A DNA stretch of 64,000 nucleotides, from NCBI GenBank assembly GCA_045531975.1, contig JAZSEZ010000052.1, forward strand, positions 34,870 through 98,869. Direction: 5' to 3'. Below, piece after piece: positions 9,933 through 19,433 of the stretch. The notes under the pieces are model-generated. The model was not told the DNA's origin, searched no databases, and saw only the letters and a program-made list of their open reading frames with translations. Position 1 is the first letter of the stretch; each line of letters begins with the position of its first letter. This stretch comes from Candidatus Egerieisoma sp. (GTDB lineage: Bacteria; Bacteroidota; Bacteroidia; Bacteroidales; UBA932). A program made the position numbers and the translations under genes.

Positions 9933-9987
9933 TTCCCGACAGAATCATCGGGAAGAAAAAGCCTCCCCACCATCAGGCGGAGAGGCT
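9933..9987. repeat. 55-bp direct repeat copy B; also the likely terminator of the GGGtGRT operon
   Basis: Matches 8950-9004 at 53 of 55 positions. On the minus strand it reads AGCCTC..GAGGCTTTTT directly after the stop at 10021. Confidence 0.9.
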
Positions 9988-10020
9988 ATATACAATAATT
10001 TGTTTTCTCCTAAGAGTCAA

Positions 10021-11034
10021 TTATTTTGCAAGTGCAGTAGCAACATCCACAGCAACAGCAACAGTTGCACCTACCATTGGGTTGTTACCAATTCCTAGGA
10101 AGCCCATCATCTCAACGTGGGCAGGAACTGATGAAGAACCTGCAAACTGAGCGTCTGAGTGCATACGGCCCATTGTGTCGGTCATACCGTATGATGCAGG
10201 ACCTGCAGCCATGTTGTCTGGGTGAAGGGTTCTACCTGTACCGCCACCTGAAGCAACTGAGAAATATTTCTTGCCAAGTTCCATGCACTCTTTTTTGTAA
10301 GTACCTGCAACTGGGTGCTGGAAACGGGTTGGGTTGGTTGAGTTACCAGTGATTGATACGTCAACGCCCTCAAGGTGCATAATTGCAACACCCTCGCGTA
10401 CGTCGTCTGCGCCGTAGCAGTTAACTTTTGCGCGTGGACCGTCTGAGTAAGCAATTTTGTTTACTACTTTAACCTCACCTGTAGCGTAGTCAAACTCAGT
10501 CTGGCAGTAAGTAAAGCCGTTGATTCTTGAAATGATCATAGCAGCGTCTTTACCCAAACCGTTAAGGATACAACGTAGAGGCTCTTTTCTTACTTTGTCT
10601 GCTTTAGCTGCAATTTTGATTGCACCCTCTGCAGCAGCAAATGACTCGTGACCTGCCAAGAAAGCGAAACATTTTGTCTCCTCTCTTAGTAGACGGGCTG
10701 CAAGGTTACCGTGGCCGATACCTACTTTACGGTCGTCAGCTACTGAACCTGGTACGCAGAATGACTGCAAACCAAGACCAATTGCCTCAGCTGCGTCAGC
10801 AGCGTTTGAGCAACCTTTCTTAAGTGCAATTGCAGCACCTACTACGTAAGCCCATTTTGCATTCTCAAAACAGATTGGCTGAGTCTCCTCGCAAGTTTTG
10901 TATGGATCCAAGCCATACTGCTCGCAAATCTCGTTAGCCTCCTCTATACTTTTAATACCGTTAGCATTCAATGCAGCAAGAATCTGCGGCATTCTACGGT
11001 CCTGACTCTCAAATTTTACTTCTCTAATAGCCAT
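10021..11034 (-). CDS. GGGtGRT family protein (function unknown)
   Basis: Carries the signature SGGGTGRTLHPDN. Start is taken at MAIREVKF, which follows an AGGAAAGGAAA stretch and avoids overlap with the upstream gene. Confidence 0.75.
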   Translation of the reverse strand: MAIREVKFESQDRRMPQILAALNANGIKSIEEANEICEQYGLDPYKTCEETQPICFENAKWAYVVGAAIALKKGCSNAADAAEAIGLGLQSFCVPGSVADDRKVGIGHGNLAARLLREETKCFAFLAGHESFAAAEGAIKIAAKADKVRKEPLRCILNGLGKDAAMIISRINGFTYCQTEFDYATGEVKVVNKIAYSDGPRAKVNCYGADDVREGVAIMHLEGVDVSITGNSTNPTRFQHPVAGTYKKECMELGKKYFSVASGGGTGRTLHPDNMAAGPASYGMTDTMGRMHSDAQFAGSSSVPAHVEMMGFLGIGNNPMVGATVAVAVDVATALAK

Positions 11035-11047
11035 TTTCCTTTCCTCC

Positions 11048-11749
11048 TTATTCGTTACGTGGGTCAATGTGTTTAACAGCACCTTGCTCAGCAGTAAAAC
11101 GGCCATAAGTACCGGTTACTTTCTTCAAAGCCTCGTTTGCGTCTGTACCTTTTTTAATCTCCTCCATGAATTTGCCCATATGAACAAACTCGTAGCCGAT
11201 AACCTGATCATCTTTATCAAGAGCCATTCTTGTACAGTAACCCTCAGCCATCTCCAGGTATCTTACACCTTTAGCGTTAGTTGAGAACATTGTACCTACC
11301 TGGCTTCTAAGACCTTTACCCAAATCCTCAAGACCTGCACCAATCTGAAGGCCACCCTCTGAGAATGCAGACTGTGTACGACCGTAAACAATCTGTAGGA
11401 AAAGCTCTCTCATTGCAGTATTGATAGCGTCGCAAACCAAGTCAGTATTCAAAGCCTCCAATAGAGTTTTGCCGGCAAGAATCTCTGCAGCCATAGCAGC
11501 TGAGTGAGTCATACCTGAACAACCGATAGTCTCAATCAAAGCCTCCTGAATAATACCCTCTTTTACGTTAAGAGTAAGTTTGCAGGCACCCTGCTGAGGT
11601 GCACACCAGCCAATACCGTGAGTAAGACCTGAAATGTCTTTAATCTCTTTGCTTCTCACCCATTTGCCCTCTTCAGGAATAGGTGCCGGTCCGTGGTTAG
11701 GACCTTTTTTAACAACACACATGTGTTGAACTTCGTGAGTATAAATCAT
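11048..11749 (-). CDS. NifU/IscU-N-like iron-sulfur scaffold-like protein
   Basis: Has the Cys-containing segment GIGWCAPQQGACKLTLNVKEGIIQEALIETIGCSGMTHSAAMAAE, resembling the NifU N-terminal domain. It is adjacent to and co-directional with the GGGtGRT gene. Confidence 0.6.
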   Translation of the reverse strand: MIYTHEVQHMCVVKKGPNHGPAPIPEEGKWVRSKEIKDISGLTHGIGWCAPQQGACKLTLNVKEGIIQEALIETIGCSGMTHSAAMAAEILAGKTLLEALNTDLVCDAINTAMRELFLQIVYGRTQSAFSEGGLQIGAGLEDLGKGLRSQVGTMFSTNAKGVRYLEMAEGYCTRMALDKDDQVIGYEFVHMGKFMEEIKKGTDANEALKKVTGTYGRFTAEQGAVKHIDPRNE

Positions 11750-11858
11750 ACCTTTAAATATGTGTTTGTAGTTAACAATTCTTTGTGAATTTGCAAATAT
11801 AGTGTATTTTTACAAACCAAAGGAATCTGAAAACAAAATTTAATTTAAATACACTAAT

Positions 11859-14741
11859 ATGAAGAGATTAACCCTAACGCTAACATTGCTTTTTGCGGTT
11901 GCAGCGGCATTCGCACAAAAGCCTGCACTAGACCACTCAGTTTATGACTCGTGGAACAGTTTGAGGGGCATTTCAATGCCTAAGAACGGAGATGTGCTAC
12001 TTTACACAATTACCCCTGGAGAGGGTGATGCAACTCTGGTTATAGAGAACATCAGAAACAGCAAGAAGATTGAGGTTCCAAGGGCAACCCGTGCCAAATT
12101 GAGCGAAGACGGCAGCAAGGTTGTTGCAGTTATAAAACCCCTTTTCAGCCAGACAAGAGATGCAAAAATAAAGAAGGCCAAGAAAGATGATATGCCAAAA
12201 GATACATTGGCAGTAATAGACCTTGCTTCGGGCAAAGTTGAGAAATTTGCAAACTACAAATCTCATAATACTCCCGACAAATTATTCACTTACATAGCAT
12301 TTGAGCAGACCCCTGCAAAGGAGAAAGCTGCACCGAAAGGTGAGAAGCCTGCTGCAAAAGAGGGAAAACCTGCACCAAAAGATGCAAAAAAACCTGAGAA
12401 GAAGGCTCCTGTAAAAGAGTTGTATGTAATGAATATCCACACCGGCAAGATGGATACCCTTAAAAATGTTGCTTCATACAAGTTCAACAAAGAGGGTGAC
12501 CTTATGGCATACGTTGTAGAGCCAGAGAAAAAAGACTCTACCGGCAAAGCTGCCCTATACCTTTACAACACCGCAACAGGTGAGAGCAAAGAGGTTCTTG
12601 CAGGTCCTAAAGGTTCAAAAATCAAACTTCCTGAGTTCAGCAAAGTTGGAACAATGGCATTCTATGCAAATACCGACACTTCAAAAGCTGCAAAGAAAGA
12701 TGTGGAGATTTACCTTTACAATATTTCGTCGGGAAGCTTGAATGTTGCTGCAAACAACAAGATGGAGGGTTTGCAGAAAGGTTGGATTGTTAATGAGAAC
12801 GGCAATTTGAGTTTCAGTGAAGATGGTGGAAGACTGTTCTTTGGCACCTCTCCAAAACCGCTTGAGAAAGATACAACATTGGTGGAGTTTGAGCAGCCAC
12901 AGCTTGACATCTGGTCTTGGCACGATGATTACCTTCAGCCAGTTCAGTTGCTTAGAAGGGCAAGAGACCTTAAACAGACATATACTGCATATATAAACAC
13001 TTCTCTTGCAGACAACTTTGTACAGTTGGGTGATTTGGATGTTCCTAACGTAAATGTTCCAAACAAGAAGATGGCCGATTGGGTACTTGTTGGAAACGAC
13101 AAGGCTTACAGAGTTCAGGGCCAGTGGGATTACAGCAGATTTACAGACATTTACCTTCTTAACGTTAAAACAGGTGAGAGAAAACTTGTTCAGAAAAAGG
13201 CTTGCTTTGGTGCAATGAGCGTTTCACCAAACGGAGAGTGGGTTATTGTTTATGACAAACTTGCTAAAGCATGGTTCCAGTATACAATTGCAACCGGCGA
13301 GCTTAAAGACCTTACCTCAACCCTTGGTGTTGCATTCCACGATGAAGACCACGACACCCCTAGCCTTCCAGGTGCATACGGACAGGCAGTATGGTTCAAG
13401 GACAACAGCGCATTTGTAATCAATGACAGATTTGACTACTGGCAGTTTGATCCTAAAGGTGTTGCAGCCCCTAAGATGCTTACAGACAACTATGGCCGCA
13501 ACAACAACACCCGCCTTTCATTGGTAACCATTGTTGAAGACCCTGATGCTGATGGAATGCCTATGATGCGTGGTGCAGGACAGATTACAGGTAAAGATCC
13601 TCTATATTTCACCACATTCAACTTCACTACCAAACAGACCGGTCTTGCCACTAAAGACATTACCAAGAAGAAGAGCATTGTAACAAAAGTGGTTGAAGGT
13701 CCGTACGCTTACTCAAACTTTGCATACTCTAAAGCAGGAAAAGGTAAAAAAGCTGCTTTTGTATACACCAGAGGCTGTTTTGAGGATGGAAGCAACGCAT
13801 TTGTAACTTACGACAACTTTAAAACCCAGAAACAGATTACAGACATTAACCCTCAGCAGAGAGATTACAACTGGGGTACAGTAGAGCTTGTAAACTGGCA
13901 GACTGCAGATGATATCTTCTGCGAAGGTCTGTTGTTCAAACCGGAAGATTTTGATGCAAGCAAGAAATATCCTGTAATGATTTACTTCTACGAGAAGAAT
14001 TCTGAGACTTTGTATAACCCACGCAACCCTGCACCTAGCCGCTCAACAGTAAATATCCCTTACTTTGTAAGTAACGGTTATGTAGTGTTTGTACCGGATA
14101 TCTACTATAAAGACGGTCACCCTGGCCAGAGCGCAATGCGTTCAATTATGCCTGGTGTAGAGATGCTTGAGAAAACTTACCCTTGGATTGACGGCGAGAA
14201 TATGGCTATTCAGGGTCAGAGCTGGGGAGGTTATCAGGTTGCCTATATGATTACCCAAACAGACAAGTTCAAGGCTGCAGGTTCAGGTGCTCCGGTAGCA
14301 AATATGACAAGTGCTTACGGCGGTATCCGCTGGGGTAGCGGAATTACCCGTCAGGTACAGTACGAGCAGGGCCAGAGCCGTATTGGCAAAGACCTTTGGA
14401 GCGGTTATGATTTGTATGTTGAGAACTCTCCTTTGTTCTTTGTACCAAACGTGAAAACCCCTGTACTTATTATGCATAACGATAAAGACGGTGCAGTTCC
14501 TTGGTATCAGGGTATTGAGTTCTTTACAGCTCTTCGCCGTTGCGGCAAGATTGCCTGGTTGCTTCAGTACAACAATGAGGAGCACAACCTTACAGAGAGA
14601 AGAAACTCTAAAGACTTGAGTATAAGACTTTCACAGTTCTTTGACCACTACTTGAAAGGTGCCCCAATGCCTAAATGGATGAAAGAGGGCCGCCCTGCAA
14701 CTGAGAAAGGATTTGACTTGGGATACGAACTGATGGACTAA
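11859..14741 (+). CDS. S9 family (prolyl oligopeptidase-type) serine peptidase, secreted
   Basis: Has a signal peptide, nucleophile elbow GQSWGGY, and downstream HNDKDGAVP and NEEHNL (Asp and His). Confidence 0.8.
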   Translation: MKRLTLTLTLLFAVAAAFAQKPALDHSVYDSWNSLRGISMPKNGDVLLYTITPGEGDATLVIENIRNSKKIEVPRATRAKLSEDGSKVVAVIKPLFSQTRDAKIKKAKKDDMPKDTLAVIDLASGKVEKFANYKSHNTPDKLFTYIAFEQTPAKEKAAPKGEKPAAKEGKPAPKDAKKPEKKAPVKELYVMNIHTGKMDTLKNVASYKFNKEGDLMAYVVEPEKKDSTGKAALYLYNTATGESKEVLAGPKGSKIKLPEFSKVGTMAFYANTDTSKAAKKDVEIYLYNISSGSLNVAANNKMEGLQKGWIVNENGNLSFSEDGGRLFFGTSPKPLEKDTTLVEFEQPQLDIWSWHDDYLQPVQLLRRARDLKQTYTAYINTSLADNFVQLGDLDVPNVNVPNKKMADWVLVGNDKAYRVQGQWDYSRFTDIYLLNVKTGERKLVQKKACFGAMSVSPNGEWVIVYDKLAKAWFQYTIATGELKDLTSTLGVAFHDEDHDTPSLPGAYGQAVWFKDNSAFVINDRFDYWQFDPKGVAAPKMLTDNYGRNNNTRLSLVTIVEDPDADGMPMMRGAGQITGKDPLYFTTFNFTTKQTGLATKDITKKKSIVTKVVEGPYAYSNFAYSKAGKGKKAAFVYTRGCFEDGSNAFVTYDNFKTQKQITDINPQQRDYNWGTVELVNWQTADDIFCEGLLFKPEDFDASKKYPVMIYFYEKNSETLYNPRNPAPSRSTVNIPYFVSNGYVVFVPDIYYKDGHPGQSAMRSIMPGVEMLEKTYPWIDGENMAIQGQSWGGYQVAYMITQTDKFKAAGSGAPVANMTSAYGGIRWGSGITRQVQYEQGQSRIGKDLWSGYDLYVENSPLFFVPNVKTPVLIMHNDKDGAVPWYQGIEFFTALRRCGKIAWLLQYNNEEHNLTERRNSKDLSIRLSQFFDHYLKGAPMPKWMKEGRPATEKGFDLGYELMD

Positions 14742-14812
14742 CTTAATGGAATCCGGTTGCCGACTTTGCTTGGCGAATGTCGGTTACCGGGTTTCCCCTA
14801 TTAAAAAACTAT

Positions 14813-17017
14813 ATGAGAAAACATTTTATACCGGTTATGATTATGGCAGCTGCACTATGTGGCTGCGGTGGTTCAGATACCACTGAGCCTATCATTACAA
14901 AAAAAGAGATTAAGGTTGAGAACGGGCAGTACACCCCTGAGATTATGCACCAGTTGGGCAAAGTAGGTGATCCTCAGATTTCTCCCGACGGCTCCAGAAT
15001 TCTTTATGGTGTAACCTACACCAGCATTGAGCAGAACAAGGGTAACAGAGAGCTTTACATTATGAATCTCAACGGTTCGGACAATGTAAAACTTACCAAT
15101 ACCCCTAAAAGCGAGTCTAACGCACGCTGGATAAATGACAGCCAGATTGTTTATATGAGAGGTGGCAAACTTTACACTGCAACCCTTAACGGTGCTACCC
15201 TTTCGGGTGAGGCTGAGGTTGCCGGCGGTGAGGGAATGGAAGGATTTGAGCTTTCTCCTGCAGGTGACAAGATTATGTTTGTAAAGAGCATCAAGGCTGC
15301 TGTTAAACCAACTGATATGTACCCTGACTTGGACAAATCATCGGGAAGAACATATACAGACCTTATGTACCGTCATTGGGATCACTTTGTAGAGGAGGTT
15401 CCTCACACTTATGTTGCTGATTTTACAGGTGCACAGGTGGGTGAGGCTACTGATATCCTTGCTGGTGACACTGCAAATCCTGAGAGTGCAGAGAAATTGT
15501 TTGAGCTTCCTACCCTTCCTTTTGGCGGTTTGGAGCAGCTTTCTTGGAGTCCTGACGGAAAATATATTGCATACTCTTGCAGAAAACTTGCCGGCAGAGA
15601 CTATGCCTTCTCAACCAATACAGACATTTACCTTTACAATGTTGAGAGTGGTGCTACCCAGAACCTTACTGCAGGAATGATGGGTTATGACACAAATCCT
15701 CTTTTCTCTCCCGACGGCAAACAGCTTGCATTCTTGAGTATGGAGAGAGACGGTTATGAGGCCGACAAGAACAGACTTTTTGTTATTGATATGGATAAGG
15801 TTCTTGCAAACTTGGGCAGCAAGGATTTCCGTCCGTTTATGAAAGAGCTTACCACAGATTACAAATACAATGTGGATGGTATTGCCTGGGCACCTAAATC
15901 AGACAAGATTTATTTCAACTCTTGTGTGAATGCCCTTACTGCATTGTTTGTTGTTGATGTAAACAAAGTGGTTGGCCTTCCTATTGAGGATAATGAGGGT
16001 ACCGGTTATCTTCCTGCTTCATACGGAAACGGCATAAGAAGAATCACATCTACTGAGGCTATTTATGATTTTGGAGGTCCTGCTCTTGTTGCTGATGAGA
16101 TTGGCGAGGTTAAGGAGATTATCACCACCAATACCTGTATGATGCGTCCTGCAGAGATTGTTACAGTTAACCCTGCTACCGGTGAGTTCAAGGAGCTTAC
16201 TGCAGAGAACAAGGCTACTTTAGACAAACTTGACACCCCTCTTGTAGAGCAGAGATGGATGACCACTGTTGACGGCAAGAAGATGCATACCTGGATCCTT
16301 TATCCTCCTAAGTTTGACAAGACCAAACAATATCCTGCAATCCTTATGTGTTTGGGCGGCCCTCAGGGTACAATCAGCCAGGGATTCTCTACAAGATGGA
16401 ACTACAGACTTATGGCTTCCCAGGGTTATATTGTAATCCTTCCTAACAGAAGGGGTACAACAGCATTCGGCCAGCCTTGGTGCGAGCAGATTTCGGGTGA
16501 CTACTGCGGTTTGAATATGCAGGATTACCTTAAAGCTGTTGACAATATGAAGAAAGAGCCTTATGTAGGTAAAGTTGCAGCTACAGGTGCAAGCTACGGC
16601 GGTTACTCTGTTTATTACCTTGCAGGTATCCACGAGAACAGATTCTCTGCCCTTATTGCTCACGCCGGCATCTTCAACCAGGAGCATATGTATATGATGA
16701 CAGAGGAGATGTGGTTCCCAACCTGGGATAACGGTGGTGCACCTTGGGACAACAATCCAACTGCAAAACGCCACTACGGCAACTCTCCTCATAAACTTAT
16801 CAAAAACTGGAACACCCCTATCCTTGTAACCCACGGTGAAATGGATTACCGTGTACCGGTAGACCAGGGTATGGCAGCTTTCAACGCTGCACGTATGATG
16901 GGTGTAGAGAGCAAACTGCTTCTATTCCCAGAGGAGAACCACTGGATTCTTAAACCACAGAACTCAATCCACTGGAACAGAGAGTTCTTTGGATGGTTGG
17001 ACAAATATTGTAAATAA
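14813..17017 (+). CDS. S9 family serine peptidase lipoprotein
   Basis: Start is taken at MRKHFIPVMIMAAALCGCGG (lipobox). Motifs are GASYGGY, HGEMDYRVP and ENHWI. Confidence 0.8.
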   Translation: MRKHFIPVMIMAAALCGCGGSDTTEPIITKKEIKVENGQYTPEIMHQLGKVGDPQISPDGSRILYGVTYTSIEQNKGNRELYIMNLNGSDNVKLTNTPKSESNARWINDSQIVYMRGGKLYTATLNGATLSGEAEVAGGEGMEGFELSPAGDKIMFVKSIKAAVKPTDMYPDLDKSSGRTYTDLMYRHWDHFVEEVPHTYVADFTGAQVGEATDILAGDTANPESAEKLFELPTLPFGGLEQLSWSPDGKYIAYSCRKLAGRDYAFSTNTDIYLYNVESGATQNLTAGMMGYDTNPLFSPDGKQLAFLSMERDGYEADKNRLFVIDMDKVLANLGSKDFRPFMKELTTDYKYNVDGIAWAPKSDKIYFNSCVNALTALFVVDVNKVVGLPIEDNEGTGYLPASYGNGIRRITSTEAIYDFGGPALVADEIGEVKEIITTNTCMMRPAEIVTVNPATGEFKELTAENKATLDKLDTPLVEQRWMTTVDGKKMHTWILYPPKFDKTKQYPAILMCLGGPQGTISQGFSTRWNYRLMASQGYIVILPNRRGTTAFGQPWCEQISGDYCGLNMQDYLKAVDNMKKEPYVGKVAATGASYGGYSVYYLAGIHENRFSALIAHAGIFNQEHMYMMTEEMWFPTWDNGGAPWDNNPTAKRHYGNSPHKLIKNWNTPILVTHGEMDYRVPVDQGMAAFNAARMMGVESKLLLFPEENHWILKPQNSIHWNREFFGWLDKYCK

Positions 17018-17049
17018 AAAAAAAGAGGCCTTGCGGCCTCTTTTTTTTA
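17016..17049. terminator. bidirectional rho-independent terminator
   Basis: AAAAAAAAAGAGGCCTTGCGGCCTCTTTTTTTT between convergent genes. Confidence 0.85.
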
Positions 17050-18543
17050 TTCCAATGTCCATTCAACCCCATCTTTGGTATCCTTTATTAGAACACCTAT
17101 AGCCTTAAGGTCGTCTCTGATTTTATCTGATTTTGCCCAATCCTTATTGGCTTTGGCAACTTTACGCTCCTCAAGAACCATATTCACAAGGGCATCCATA
17201 ACCTTTGTAACACCTGAATCACCGGCTGCAGCCTCCTGCTCAGGAGCTATACCCAAAACATCTGTTGCAATTGTTCCAAGCAGGAACTCCAAAGTCTCTT
17301 TCTCCTGCTCTCCAATGGCAAGCTTGCCATCTTTAACAAGATTTACAATTCTTACTGCATCAAACAGGTGAGAAAGGGCAATTGGGGTGTTAAGGTCATC
17401 ACAAAGGGCAACATATACATTCTCTTTAAGGTCTGCTATCTCTTTTGCCACCTCTGCAGTTGCACTTGTTACCTTCAACCCTTTCACATCCTTGGCAGCC
17501 TGAAGAATTCTCTTCAAACCTCTCTCTGCCGCCTGCAAAGCCTCATTACTGAAATCCAAAGTACTTCTGTAATGTGCCTGCAAAATGAAGAATCTTATTG
17601 TCATTGGAGAATATGCCTGCTCCAATACCGCATTGTTCCCGGTAAACAACTCATCCAAAGTAATGAAGTTTCCAAGAGACTTGCCCATCTTCTGGCCATT
17701 GATGGTAATCATATTGTTGTGCATCCAATATTTCACACCACCTTTACCCCTTGATGCGGTATTCTGTGCCAACTCACACTCGTGGTGAGGGAACATAAGA
17801 TCCATACCGCCACCGTGAATGTCAAACTCCTCTCCAAGATATTTTGCACTCATTGCAGAACACTCCAAGTGCCATCCTGGGAAGCCGTCACTCCAAGGAG
17901 AAGGCCATCTCATAATGTGCTCCGGAGCAGCTTTCTTCCAAAGGGCAAAATCTGCAGGGGAGTGTTTGTCATCCTGACCGTCCAATGCTCTGGTATTGGA
18001 AATCATATCATCAAGGTTTCTTCCCGACAATACTCCATAATTATGTCTCTTGTTATACTCCTTTACATCAAAATAAACAGAGCCGTTGCTTTCATACGCA
18101 TATCCGTTCTTAAGAATCTCTTGAACAAGGGCAATCTGCTCAATAATATGCCCCGATGCCCTTGGCTCAATGCTTGGAGGACAGTTGTTCAGCTTTTTCA
18201 TTGCATCGTGGAACCTTAGAGTATAGTACTGGACCACCTCCATTGGCTCAAGCTGCTCCAATCTGGCTTTCTTTGCAATCTTATCCTCACCATTATCAGA
18301 ATCACTCTCAAGGTGACCAACATCGGTAATGTTTCTCACATATCTTACCTTGTATCCAAGATGTCTGAACAAACGTACAAGCACATCGTATGTAACACCA
18401 GGTCTTGCGTGTCCCAAATGGGCATCTCCGTATACGGTAGGACCGCATACATACAGGCCAACCATTCCTGGAGTTACAGGCACAAACACCTCTTTCAGTC
18501 TGCTTAACGTATTGTAAATCTGAATATCTCTAATTTTTTCCAT
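17047..18543 (-). CDS. cysS: cysteine--tRNA ligase
   Basis: Has class I aaRS motifs HLGHAR and KMGKSLGN, plus [10 protein letters not shown]. Start is taken at [11 protein letters not shown]. Confidence 0.9.
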   Translation of the reverse strand: MEKIRDIQIYNTLSRLKEVFVPVTPGMVGLYVCGPTVYGDAHLGHARPGVTYDVLVRLFRHLGYKVRYVRNITDVGHLESDSDNGEDKIAKKARLEQLEPMEVVQYYTLRFHDAMKKLNNCPPSIEPRASGHIIEQIALVQEILKNGYAYESNGSVYFDVKEYNKRHNYGVLSGRNLDDMISNTRALDGQDDKHSPADFALWKKAAPEHIMRWPSPWSDGFPGWHLECSAMSAKYLGEEFDIHGGGMDLMFPHHECELAQNTASRGKGGVKYWMHNNMITINGQKMGKSLGNFITLDELFTGNNAVLEQAYSPMTIRFFILQAHYRSTLDFSNEALQAAERGLKRILQAAKDVKGLKVTSATAEVAKEIADLKENVYVALCDDLNTPIALSHLFDAVRIVNLVKDGKLAIGEQEKETLEFLLGTIATDVLGIAPEQEAAAGDSGVTKVMDALVNMVLEERKVAKANKDWAKSDKIRDDLKAIGVLIKDTKDGVEWTLE

Positions 18544-18590
18544 CTCTAAAGAATTTATATCTTGCAAAGATAGTGAGAAATAAGTTAATA

Positions 18591-18926
18591 TCACTCCACT
18601 AAGGGTATAATAATTTTATGGGCAACAATCTCAGTAATGTTCTTTTCCTCCCCCTGTGAATTGGTATATTTCACATACCTGAGCTTACCCTCAAGGACAA
18701 TATAGGCCCCTTTTTTGATAAGGGCAAAATCGGGCATACCTTTTCTGTCCCACGCCACAACATTATGCCAGGTGGTCTCTTCTCTAAAAGTATTGTCCTT
18801 CCCCTTTATGAATTCATTTGTTGCCACGGTAAACCTTGCCGCTGTTCCTCCATTTTCCACTTTAAGAAGTCTGGCATCCTGCCCAATTCTTCCTCTCAAT
18901 TCAACTTTGTTCAATGATTTGTCCAT
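18591..18926 (-). CDS. single-stranded DNA-binding (OB-fold) protein, short form
   Basis: [16 protein letters not shown]...[10 protein letters not shown] is typical of SSB. It is 111 aa with no Gly/Pro-rich linker or acidic C-terminal tip. Confidence 0.7.
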   Translation of the reverse strand: MDKSLNKVELRGRIGQDARLLKVENGGTAARFTVATNEFIKGKDNTFREETTWHNVVAWDRKGMPDFALIKKGAYIVLEGKLRYVKYTNSQGEEKNITEIVAHKIIIPLVE

Positions 18927-19139
18927 ACCCGTCCGTATTTTTTAATTGTTTGTGTTGGGGCAAAGCAAACAAGAAATATTCATCGGGAGGATAAATTATC
19001 CGTATATAAACGTTTAAATTGCTTTTTTGCAAATTGGAGATTTAGAAAAAAGATATTTTTCATCCCGGGGGAAAATATATACCGTATCTGCACATTTAAA
19101 CATATACCTTTATGGCTGATAAGCAAGTTTGTGTCAGCT

Positions 19140-19409
19140 ATGGAGAATGTGCAGATGTTTGAGAAAAAATGCCCGGTATGCGGTACAAAGATTATTGGAA
19201 GGACAGACAAGATTTATTGTTCCAACGAATGCAGGGTGCATGCGAACAATTCGCGTAGGAGAAGTGTTGGGACCAACAGGGAGAAAAGCAGAGCAGAAAT
19301 GATTGGTAAGGAGCTTTTGCTGTTGCAGGAGTCCGGTGGTGTCCAGTATCTTAAAATAATTGGGTTAGTAACCCGATTTTGTAAAATATTGTATAAATTT
19401 GGACGCTGA
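19140..19409 (+). CDS. small zinc-ribbon protein, hypothetical
   Basis: Has CPVCGTKIIGRTDKIYCSNEC followed by a basic tail. The ATG lies 9 nt inside the listed GTG-start ORF. Confidence 0.45.
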   Translation: MENVQMFEKKCPVCGTKIIGRTDKIYCSNECRVHANNSRRRSVGTNREKSRAEMIGKELLLLQESGGVQYLKIIGLVTRFCKILYKFGR

Positions 19410-19433
19410 TAGTGGTAATTAAATTATTTGTAT

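Noticed and set aside
9850-10098. An 82-aa plus-strand ORF spanning REP cluster 1, repeat copy B and the 3' end of the GGGtGRT gene.
   Set aside because: It crosses two repeat or terminator structures and overlaps a well-supported gene on the opposite strand. It has no start context.
14777-14812. Upstream extensions of listed ORFs (14777, 18594, 22397, 36668, 41891, 44212, 53265, 57517, 62890, 63581, 11106, 32260, 43603).
   Set aside because: In each case an internal Met gives a canonical signal peptide, lipobox or conserved family N-terminus. It also removes overlap with the neighbouring gene or terminator. Several of the listed first codons are GTG or TTG.
16220-16834. A 204-aa minus-strand ORF. 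Similar long antisense ORFs lie at 30806-31477 (223 aa), 38014-38589 (191 aa), 45046-45543 (165 aa), 28488-28997 (169 aa) and 24968-25459 (163 aa).
   Set aside because: Each is fully contained antisense within a gene with strong family motifs (S9 peptidase, LTA-synthase-like, asparaginase fusion, mutL, folC, umuC). None has its own motif, start context or intergenic space.
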